A DNA stretch of 64,000 nt from NCBI RefSeq assembly GCF_028689845.1, contig NZ_JAQVCH010000014.1, forward strand, positions 1,307-65,306, written 5' to 3'. Source of the DNA: Flavobacterium sp. GTDB lineage: Bacteria > Bacteroidota > Bacteroidia > Flavobacteriales > Flavobacteriaceae. The notes beneath the pieces are model-generated. The model was given only the letters and a program-made list of their open reading frames with translations, searched no databases and had not been told where the DNA came from. The translations under genes were made by a program, and so were the position numbers. Shown here one piece after another: positions 1 to 8,122 of the stretch (position 1 is its first letter; every line of letters starts with the position of its first letter).

Positions 1-73
1 CAGTATCACCAATGCTATTTTACTGGGACTCGCCACGGATAAATACATCGAATACCAATCTGTTTCTATCCTA

Positions 74-640
74 TTGGGTTGCATCATTTTTTTCTTTCTT
101 ATTTTTTTTAATCGAACTTCTTTTATTTACAGTGAGGCAAAATCCAAATCAAAGGCGATTGCAATCGGGTTTTATGTTTTGGTCTATTTATTACTTACCT
201 ATCAAGAAACTCGACTCTTTTTATATTACTACTTAGACAAAGAAATTCATGCCTTGGGTAGTAGTAGCACCTCTTTAGAGCTATCCGAATCATTAGTCAG
301 GGTTTTACAATCCTTAAACACCAACCAGAGCAGAACAGTTCAAAGCCTTCGGTTTTTAATTGGAAGTATATTTTTTCTCTGGGCAATTCTCCCTATGCTA
401 AACCATCTTTTTTATAACAGAAATCAGGACGCTAAACTTGATGCCCAAACCCAGCAATTACTTCAACACTTGCAAATGCGATTATTAGAAAAAAAGATGG
501 AATTTTCTAATCTCAATTCACTGACCTTGGACCCTAACAATCCCTTTGTAGAAGAATCTTCACAGGAAGATTTGGAGCATAAACGGGAACAAGTCCTCTC
601 TGAGATTGCTCATTTGCAGCGTTCAATCGACCTACTATAA
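74..640 (+). CDS. Hypothetical membrane/coiled-coil protein (start uncertain)
   Basis: 188-aa ORF with a hydrophobic N-terminal half and a Q/L/E-rich tail. It is tightly followed by a same-strand ORF. Confidence 0.4.
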   Translation: MGCIIFFFLIFFNRTSFIYSEAKSKSKAIAIGFYVLVYLLLTYQETRLFLYYYLDKEIHALGSSSTSLELSESLVRVLQSLNTNQSRTVQSLRFLIGSIFFLWAILPMLNHLFYNRNQDAKLDAQTQQLLQHLQMRLLEKKMEFSNLNSLTLDPNNPFVEESSQEDLEHKREQVLSEIAHLQRSIDLL

Positions 641-667
641 TATTCAACCCTTTAAACGATAGAAATC

Positions 668-2485
668 ATGAATACAAAACCTTTTCAATGGATGGCGGTT
701 CCGTTTTTTAATAAAGAAAAAATTACGCAGGAACAAACTGAATTACAAAAGAGAATCGACCTTGAAACAAGAGACCTAAAACGTATTTTTTATTCACGGT
801 GGACGGTTTTTAAATCCTCGTTCAAAAAAGCGAAGCTCTTTTCGTTTTATGAATCTACACTAGTCCAAGCAAACAATCAGCTTCATAGTATCAAAAATCT
901 TTTTGAACACAATGTGGTCTTAGCGGAGCAGTATCGTACAAAATTATGGGACTTTGTTCTACCCAGTAGTCAATGTGAGATTATAAAAATCAATCAGCAG
1001 AGAGCCATTCAAAACCAGTGGGTTAAAAATAAAGCACAAGCCATAGAAAACCATGCTATTGTCATGGAAGGAACGAAGGCAGAAACAGATATCAATAATG
1101 CCCACATCCTAGCCTTAGAATCAGCCTCACGACTTAAAAAAGCGGAGCATCACAATAAGGTTGTCGATAACTTAGCCATAGAAATTGAATTGCACAGTAA
1201 ATACAAAGCAGAACTTATTGAAAAAGCCAATCACCAAGCTGAGGCCATTTTAAGGGACAATAAACGATTTATCTATGAGTCTGTCTTACCCAATTATCCA
1301 GAACCTTTAAATGAGCAAACCCAAACACATGACTATGAAAACAAGTACCAGCCAGCTCCAGTGAAAGAGTTAGAAAAACCTACTCATACTCCATTTTTTT
1401 TATCAAAAGACAAAACCAGCATTACTCATCAAGTTGAATTTGCGATAGGTCATGGACCGGAATATTACACAAGCGAGCAACAACTTTTAAAGGCACAACA
1501 AGCCTATGGGATGTACTTTGCCAAAAGTAATTTTCCCGCTCTCGCCTTTGAAGAGCAGGTAGAACTCTCCACAACTGCTCAAAAAGCATTAGATGTTCCC
1601 CAAGTGAGCGAAACCTTTTTGGGGTCAATCACCAAATCTAAAGTTACCTTAACTTTTATTATTGTTTTCTTGGCTATGATTCCCGAATATTTGATTTATT
1701 CCGCAATCATTAGTGCCATTTTTGAATTTAGTGGAATAAAAGCTCTACTCGCAGGAACAGTAGTACTACTATTTGGAAAAGGGAATGCCATGATTTTGTA
1801 TGGCACTGTACTTGATTTTTTTAAAAAGCAATCCAAGGTTTTTGAATTTAGAAAGGTAAAAATCAACCGCTTTTTTTTATTCCTATTTGGCATATCATTA
1901 GTGTATTGCTTTGCTATTGGGCTTTTGTTTAAATCCTACAAAGACGAGCAGAAAGCCACCAAAGAGTATGTAATGTTGCAACAGACTACAACACAAATGC
2001 AACAGGAGGCACAGTTGGATGAGCAAGGTGGCTCGGCAGAATTGAACCAAGAACTGCAAAAAGCCAAAGAAGAGGCACAGCAAGCAAAAATGAAAATGAC
2101 TTCCCAAAGTGATAGCCCTAGTTTGCTTAAAGTATTTACTATCGGTTTATCGGGAGCTATCGTACTTCTTTTCTCCTCGTGTGTTTTTGCCATGTCGCTT
2201 ATTTTCTCAAGCTCCTATCACCTTAGAAGTAAACTAGAAAAGGCAACCAAAATTATCATTCAAAGTGAGTCCCAGTTCACTGCTCAAAAACAAGCGATAA
2301 TTGTTTTTAGACACAAAGCCTTTCATATATGTGGTCTTGTAGGGGAGTTAGAATTTTTAAGACGATTGACACAAGGAAGTCCAAAAGATGCCCTGTATAA
2401 ACCCAGTGAGAACACTATAACAACTCAAGAAGAAATCAATACACCCTTACCCCTTGAAGAACAAAAAAGTAATCCAATAACATAA
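668..2485 (+). CDS. Hypothetical large coiled-coil protein with central transmembrane segments
   Basis: 605-aa ORF with long charged helical regions flanking hydrophobic stretches (FIIVFLAMIPEYLIYSAII, LLAGTVVLLFG, FFLFLFGISLVYCFAIGLLF). No recognisable catalytic motif. Confidence 0.5.
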   Translation: MNTKPFQWMAVPFFNKEKITQEQTELQKRIDLETRDLKRIFYSRWTVFKSSFKKAKLFSFYESTLVQANNQLHSIKNLFEHNVVLAEQYRTKLWDFVLPSSQCEIIKINQQRAIQNQWVKNKAQAIENHAIVMEGTKAETDINNAHILALESASRLKKAEHHNKVVDNLAIEIELHSKYKAELIEKANHQAEAILRDNKRFIYESVLPNYPEPLNEQTQTHDYENKYQPAPVKELEKPTHTPFFLSKDKTSITHQVEFAIGHGPEYYTSEQQLLKAQQAYGMYFAKSNFPALAFEEQVELSTTAQKALDVPQVSETFLGSITKSKVTLTFIIVFLAMIPEYLIYSAIISAIFEFSGIKALLAGTVVLLFGKGNAMILYGTVLDFFKKQSKVFEFRKVKINRFFLFLFGISLVYCFAIGLLFKSYKDEQKATKEYVMLQQTTTQMQQEAQLDEQGGSAELNQELQKAKEEAQQAKMKMTSQSDSPSLLKVFTIGLSGAIVLLFSSCVFAMSLIFSSSYHLRSKLEKATKIIIQSESQFTAQKQAIIVFRHKAFHICGLVGELEFLRRLTQGSPKDALYKPSENTITTQEEINTPLPLEEQKSNPIT

Positions 2486-2513
2486 GACGTTTAATTTTTA
2501 ATATACCTATTTT

Positions 2514-3332
2514 ATGAAAACAATTTTAAGAAAGGGAATTTCCCAGAATGTTCAACTAATTTGTGGCTTTATTTGTTTACTGCTAGTATCTTCCTGCGAT
2601 TTATTTGAATCGGATGCCAAAAAAAAACATCCGCAATTAAAAAAATGTTTGGTCATTATTAAAGATGAGTCAGCATCGATAAGCCAAACTGAAACTGATA
2701 ATCAAAAGCAAAGGTTATGGCTTAAAAAATACTTACATCAGCATTACGAACCCCAAGAGGACATCCTTGTACTTTTTATAAACGCTAGTTCATCCAGTGC
2801 AGTGAATCATAAAGAACTGCTTTGGAAAAAAAGCAAAGAGCAGCAAGCGGATGAGTATTTATCTGAAACCGATCAAATGCTTAAACAAAGCCAAAAGGAG
2901 ATGGATAATAACTTGCAATTCAAAAGGAATCAAAAACAACTCTTAGAGCTTCTTTTTGATAACAAAACCAAAGTTCCAAGTCATCAAACACAAATCATAG
3001 AACTCATGCCTCAGCTTGAGCGGATAACCAAAGGATATGATAAAGTGGAATTATTACTAATTACAGATGCTTTTCAAGAAAGTCCAATACGAGATTTTAG
3101 TAAAAACATGCCGGCTTCCAAAGCACAAGCAGAGCAGTTTGCTCGAGAAGATTTTCTAAAGATAAGTAAGCAATTTTCTGTCAACCCAAATCTTCTTATG
3201 AACTTTGAATTGATTCAAGTGCTGGTTCCCCCAAAAACCAATCCTCAGACACTAGTTAATATACCTTACTATTTTGATGAATTCTTTGCCAAATTCGGTT
3301 ATTCTCAATCGGTAAATTGGGCTTCGTTGTGA
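2514..3332 (+). CDS. Putative lipoprotein, possibly a divergent vWA-like fold
   Basis: Signal peptide with lipobox (LLVSSC). Has a DxSxS-like motif (KDESASIS) and a later LLLITDA motif. The TGA stop lies inside a terminator hairpin. Confidence 0.5.
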   Translation: MKTILRKGISQNVQLICGFICLLLVSSCDLFESDAKKKHPQLKKCLVIIKDESASISQTETDNQKQRLWLKKYLHQHYEPQEDILVLFINASSSSAVNHKELLWKKSKEQQADEYLSETDQMLKQSQKEMDNNLQFKRNQKQLLELLFDNKTKVPSHQTQIIELMPQLERITKGYDKVELLLITDAFQESPIRDFSKNMPASKAQAEQFAREDFLKISKQFSVNPNLLMNFELIQVLVPPKTNPQTLVNIPYYFDEFFAKFGYSQSVNWASL

Positions 3333-3344
3333 AGCCCTTTTTTT
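3319..3344 (+). terminator. Rho-independent terminator overlapping the TGA stop of 2514..3332
   Basis: gggcttc-gttgt-gaagccc followed by ttttttt. The stop TGA is at 3330-3332. Confidence 0.7.
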
Positions 3345-3560
3345 AAGCCAAAATCAGCCAAAATCTGACTTTTTTACCCTTGTTTACTTTGATATAGAAC
3401 ACGTAAGCATTATTTTAGCTATGAAATCATCCCAATCCCATAAGACCCAAAAAACCAAGGACAACCTGACAAATTGTCCCGATTCTGTGTGGGAGGGTGT
3501 TGTGAACAAATTACACCAATTGGCTAGAATTGAATATGAATACTATAAATACACAAGGCT

Positions 3561-5102
3561 ATGCAAAAACAAGTTTTAACGTATGTGCGTGTTAGTACAG
3601 ATGATCAGGCGGACCGTGGATTTTCTTTGAGCCATCAAAAAGCCGTATTAGAGTTGTATTGTCAACAAAAAGGCGATACGATTCTAAAATGTTTTGTTGA
3701 AGACCATTCGGCAAAAAACTTTGATAGACCCGAGTGGAAAAAGTTGTTACTTTATGTAAAAGCCAACAAAAAAAGTATCGACTCCATTTTATTTACTCGG
3801 TGGGATCGGTTCTCACGTAATACAGAAGAAGCGTATCGGGTTATCAGAGAGTTCAAAGCATTGGGTATAGATGTGAATGCTATTGAGCAACCACTCGATA
3901 CCAGTCAGCCCGATAGTAAAGTAATGCTCGGAATTTATTTAATTCTACCTGAGGTTGAGAATGATAAGATATCAATCCGCACCAAAGAGGGCATGAGAAG
4001 AGCAATGAAAGAAGGTTGCTATACGGGAGCAGCTCCTATTGGTTATTTACATCACCGAAATGAGCAAGGGAAGTCCACACTCAAACCCAATCCTGAGGTA
4101 GCACCACTAATCAAAAAAGCATTTGAGCAGTATGCTATAGGGGTTTATTCTACAGAAGAAATTCGAAAGAAATATTACAACAAAGGACTCAAAGTCTCTA
4201 AAAATACCTTGCTAAACATTTTAAAAAACCCGACATATACCGGAAAGATTGTTATTCAAGAGTGGAAAAAAGAAGACGCTTGCGTGGTTCAAGGATTGCA
4301 TGAGGCAATTGTTGATAATAGAACATTTGAGAAAGTGCAAAAAGTTTTTTTAGCAAAGCAAGTCAAACCGGTTCTAGAGCATAAAGAAATAGATGAGATT
4401 TTACCTTTGAGAGGTTTTTTAAAATGTCCAGCCTGTAGTAGAACTTTAACAGGAAGCGGGTCAATGGGTGGCGGTGTAACAAGGCATTATTACTACCATT
4501 GTAATCCCCCTTGTAAAGTGCGTTATAAGGCTGAGGAAGTTCATCGTGTTTTAGAAAAACTTTTAAGGGAATTTGTCATAAACCAGGATAGTAAAGAAGT
4601 TTATAAAAAAATACTCCAAACAACATTCAAAACCCAAGCAGGGGATAGAGAATCTGAGCTAAAGTCTTTAAAGAGAGAAATCAATAAACTCAGTGTAAGG
4701 CTAGACTCGATAGAAGAGAAGTTTTTTGACAATGAAATTGATATAAAAGTGTATAACACAATGAAGCGAAAAACAGAATCCCAAATAGCCCATTTAAAGG
4801 CTCAAGTTGAAACGATAAATGCTTTAGAAAAGGATTTTGAAAACCATCTCAAAAGAGGGATTTCATTTTTACAGACCATTGACTCAGTCTTTACGAATGC
4901 TCCTGCATCGATAAAGAAAAAAATTCTAGGTGCATTGTTTCCCGATAAATTAATCTTTGAGAAAACGTATTTTAAAACATCAGAGTTAGATGAGTTTATA
5001 GGTTATATTCTTTTGAATACAAAGAAGCTAAAATACGTAAAAGTGGATGGTAAGGATTTTGATTTTAAAAAGGAAAGGCAAATGAGTAATATAGCGAAAT
5101 AA
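3561..5102 (+). CDS. Large serine recombinase (resolvase N-domain, recombinase domain, Cys-rich zinc ribbon, coiled coil)
   Basis: N-terminus YVRVSTDDQADRGFSL with the catalytic Ser context. Also has CPACSRTL...YYYHCNPPC and a long C-terminal coiled coil. 513 aa. Confidence 0.9.
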   Translation: MQKQVLTYVRVSTDDQADRGFSLSHQKAVLELYCQQKGDTILKCFVEDHSAKNFDRPEWKKLLLYVKANKKSIDSILFTRWDRFSRNTEEAYRVIREFKALGIDVNAIEQPLDTSQPDSKVMLGIYLILPEVENDKISIRTKEGMRRAMKEGCYTGAAPIGYLHHRNEQGKSTLKPNPEVAPLIKKAFEQYAIGVYSTEEIRKKYYNKGLKVSKNTLLNILKNPTYTGKIVIQEWKKEDACVVQGLHEAIVDNRTFEKVQKVFLAKQVKPVLEHKEIDEILPLRGFLKCPACSRTLTGSGSMGGGVTRHYYYHCNPPCKVRYKAEEVHRVLEKLLREFVINQDSKEVYKKILQTTFKTQAGDRESELKSLKREINKLSVRLDSIEEKFFDNEIDIKVYNTMKRKTESQIAHLKAQVETINALEKDFENHLKRGISFLQTIDSVFTNAPASIKKKILGALFPDKLIFEKTYFKTSELDEFIGYILLNTKKLKYVKVDGKDFDFKKERQMSNIAK

Positions 5103-5262
5103 ATCATGGGTTTGATTAAATTACTGCTCGACACTTTTGATACTTTTTTGAATTAAAAATAAATTTTATATTTGCTCGTAGGAGATTTGGTATTGATATA
5201 ACATTGATTTAACCAATATCAAAATAATCAATTTTAGAATTACTCTTTTCACTTTTTTAAGA

Positions 5263-5604
5263 ATGACTGACAACCAACGTTTATTTTACGCCTATGAGTA
5301 TTTAAAGCGAAAAGGTCGGATAAAGACCTATTCTGATTTGGCTGATGTCCTTGGTATAAATAAATCAGAGCTTACCAATTTAAAGAGCGGAAAAATGGAT
5401 GTAGGCATAAACCATATCAGATCTTTGGTTAGCGTTTATCCCGAATTATCACTTAACTGGCTCATCTTATCAAAGGGAGGAGTTGAGATAGAACAAAACA
5501 TATCTTCAGAATTTGATATAAGTCTAGAACTTCTAAAAATGCAAAAGCAGAAAATTCAAGAATTGGAAAAATCAATTTTAGAATTAAAACAATCAATAAA
5601 ATAG
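5263..5604 (+). CDS. Small HTH (XRE-like) DNA-binding protein with a C-terminal coiled coil
   Basis: 113-aa ORF with the HTH-like segment YSDLADVLGINKSELTNLKSGK. Confidence 0.5.
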   Translation: MTDNQRLFYAYEYLKRKGRIKTYSDLADVLGINKSELTNLKSGKMDVGINHIRSLVSVYPELSLNWLILSKGGVEIEQNISSEFDISLELLKMQKQKIQELEKSILELKQSIK

Positions 5605-5862
5605 CTAATTAGAAGTTGAGTACTATTGTTTTCTGAGACTTAGAATCAATTTCACACTGATAGAAAAGAGAGGTCTGTGTAAAAATGAATTAGTTATTTT
5701 CGACAAACTTGTCTGTGTTTCCACTATCTAAACTCGTTAATTTCTGTCTTTTATACCTTTATTTAACTGGTTCATAAACTTTTTTTTAATTAACTTATCT
5801 TTCACTTTGTGCTTCTTTTTTATGTGATTATTTTCGATGATGTTTGCTTAAAAAGGGATATC

Positions 5863-6639
5863 ATGAATTATAGTTACATTATCATAGAAGACCAAGAAGA
5901 GCCCTTAGTTGCATTGCAAAAGGAGTTAAAGAATTACCCTGAATTTATAGGCAAAGGAATTGCTGCTTCAGTGCAAGAAGGCATAAGGTTAACCCTTACT
6001 CAAAAACCTAATATCATTTTTTTAGATGTTGAACTCGGGGGTGAAATCGGCTTTGAAATCATCAAAGAAACAGCTTGTTTTTTTAGTGAGCCTCCTTTTG
6101 TAATTGTTCTATCGGAGAATGAAAAATATGCCAAAAAAGCCATTAATTATGATGTTCTTTTTTATTTAGACAAGCCCATTAATGCTTTAAAACTCGCTAT
6201 AGCCCTAAATAAATTTAAAAAGCGTTTTTCAGAACTTAAAAGCCACATCAGTATTAAAGACAGAAACGCTCATTGGTTAATAAAATACATCGACATATTG
6301 TTTGTGCAAAGTGATGGTTCGTATTGTGTAATTAACCGACTGAATAATTCAAAAATTACTGTTTCAAAACCCCTTAAAGAGATTGAATCCTTACTTCCAA
6401 AAGTTTTTCTCAGAGTGCATAAGTCCTATATAATCAATACGAGTTATATTGAAAAAATCAACACCACTAACCGATTAATTACATTACATTTTAGAACCGG
6501 ACTCTTCGAGATTACCGAAAAAAGTAAAATCAGATTAGATGAAACCTTTACAATTAAGGATTCCATTATTGAAATTCCGGTGGGAGAAATTTATTTAGAA
6601 AAGGTAAAGCATGCACTTTTAACTTCAAAAACATTTTGA
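5863..6639 (+). CDS. Orphan LytTR-family response regulator (receiver plus LytTR DNA-binding domain)
   Basis: Starts MNYSYIIIEDQEE, with receiver Asp in IIFLDVEL. C-terminal LytTR motif FLRVHKSYIIN. The internal ATG at 5863 is preferred over the 5809 track start. No adjacent kinase gene. Confidence 0.8.
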   Translation: MNYSYIIIEDQEEPLVALQKELKNYPEFIGKGIAASVQEGIRLTLTQKPNIIFLDVELGGEIGFEIIKETACFFSEPPFVIVLSENEKYAKKAINYDVLFYLDKPINALKLAIALNKFKKRFSELKSHISIKDRNAHWLIKYIDILFVQSDGSYCVINRLNNSKITVSKPLKEIESLLPKVFLRVHKSYIINTSYIEKINTTNRLITLHFRTGLFEITEKSKIRLDETFTIKDSIIEIPVGEIYLEKVKHALLTSKTF

Positions 6640-6773
6640 GTTATTTCCGGTTTGTGGCATGTTTTTGCCTGTTTAAACACACCCATTACCTGTTGAGTAA
6701 ATAACTCGTTTTCGCCTGTCAAATCGAGGTTTTTTGTTTTAAAATTGTACTATAATTTTAAAATAATAACCAG

Positions 6774-7169
6774 ATGAATTTACAAAAATTAAAAACAATT
6801 TCAATTGTCCTAACTTTAGTTTTAGGCAGTATTTTTACCCTATCAAGTTTTACTTTGGGCGAAGAAAAAATGGTAAACGATTGTCAGGAGTATGACCACA
6901 TTACAATTGATGACGTGATGAACTTATCACCAGAGGGCTATGAACAATGGGTTCAAAAATCAGGACTGTTTGACGGCACGTATTATGAGGCAATTATAGA
7001 ATTCTCAGACGGAACCAGAGGTAAATTGTTTAAAGGAGGAAACTCAGGACGTTACTTTGTTGAAGACTCAAGCGGAACAAATTATTACTACAATAGTTTG
7101 CGTTCATCCATTAGGGCATTATACCTTTATAAGAAATACGGTTGCCTTAGTACGAAATACCGCTTGTAA
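6774..7169 (+). CDS. Small secreted hypothetical protein
   Basis: 131-aa ORF with an N-terminal signal peptide. It has a TAATG stop/start overlap with the next gene. Confidence 0.5.
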   Translation: MNLQKLKTISIVLTLVLGSIFTLSSFTLGEEKMVNDCQEYDHITIDDVMNLSPEGYEQWVQKSGLFDGTYYEAIIEFSDGTRGKLFKGGNSGRYFVEDSSGTNYYYNSLRSSIRALYLYKKYGCLSTKYRL

Positions 7170-8026
7170 TGCAATTGATCGATGTACTTGTTTCGTTGGT
7201 TCTGTTTCTAATAATGCTGGGAATAGGTATCTCGTTATCATTGGAGGATATAAAACTTGTTTTCCAAAAACCAAAGGCTCTTATTGTGAGTTTGTCATCA
7301 CAGATGATTTTACTCCCAATACTAGCCTTTCTAATTGCCAATGTTTTTGACATCCCCAATTACCTCAAAATTGGTTTAGTGATTTTAGCCGCAAGCCCCG
7401 GAGGAACAACCTCAGGGTTTATTACCTATCTTTTTAAAGCCAATGTTGCTCTCTCAATAACATTAACAACGTTCAATTCAGTCCTAACCTTGTTTTCAAT
7501 TCCTCTTATTGTGAATTATGCCATTAGGAGTTTTGAACAATCTGAGGCAATCTTCACACTGCCTTTTTTTGATACGTTAAAGGAAATAGTTGTCCTTACC
7601 ATTATCCCACTATCCATTGGTATTGTTTTTAAAAGGATAAACAATACGTTGGCTTTACAATTAGCCAAAGTAATGAAACCACTTATGATTGTTTTGTTAG
7701 GTGTTGTTTTTTTATTAAAATTTTTTGGAACCGATGGTAAATCAGGAATAACCCAACAAGAAATAACTGAGATTTTACCATTTGCTATCCTATTAAATTT
7801 TTTATGTCTTTTAGTTGGCTACAGCGTTGCCAACTTCTTTTCATTAGATATCAATGATTGCATCACCATTTCCATAGAATCAGCAGTTCACAATACTACG
7901 TTAGCTTTTTTAATCTCTGGAACACTTTTACACAATGATGATTATGGAAAGGTTTCTCTAGTGTATGCCATGTTCTCATTTTGGACAGCACTACTTTTTT
8001 GTGCAATAATCAAAAAAATCAATTGA
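7169..8026 (+). CDS. Bile acid:sodium symporter (BASS/SBF-like) family transporter
   Basis: Polytopic 285-aa ORF with the family-typical LAASPGGTTSG motif. Ends in TGA. Confidence 0.75.
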   Translation: MQLIDVLVSLVLFLIMLGIGISLSLEDIKLVFQKPKALIVSLSSQMILLPILAFLIANVFDIPNYLKIGLVILAASPGGTTSGFITYLFKANVALSITLTTFNSVLTLFSIPLIVNYAIRSFEQSEAIFTLPFFDTLKEIVVLTIIPLSIGIVFKRINNTLALQLAKVMKPLMIVLLGVVFLLKFFGTDGKSGITQQEITEILPFAILLNFLCLLVGYSVANFFSLDINDCITISIESAVHNTTLAFLISGTLLHNDDYGKVSLVYAMFSFWTALLFCAIIKKIN

Positions 8027-8122
8027 ATTTGTAACTCGTTTGATTAAAATCATTAAAGAATTGATTTTGTGAAGCAATTTCATATTACTAGTTAAGTTGT
8101 TCTTTATATTTATTCTATTCAA

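Noticed and set aside
12-236. ORF 12-236, and also 7057-7350, 7147-7359, 12017-12238 and 14907-15152
   Set aside because: They overlap better-supported genes or lie in promoter regions. They are short, have biased composition and carry no recognisable motifs.
1422-2193. Several minus-strand ORFs inside 668-2485
   Set aside because: They are antisense to a 605-aa ORF and are Cys/Leu-rich low-complexity translations typical of shadow frames.
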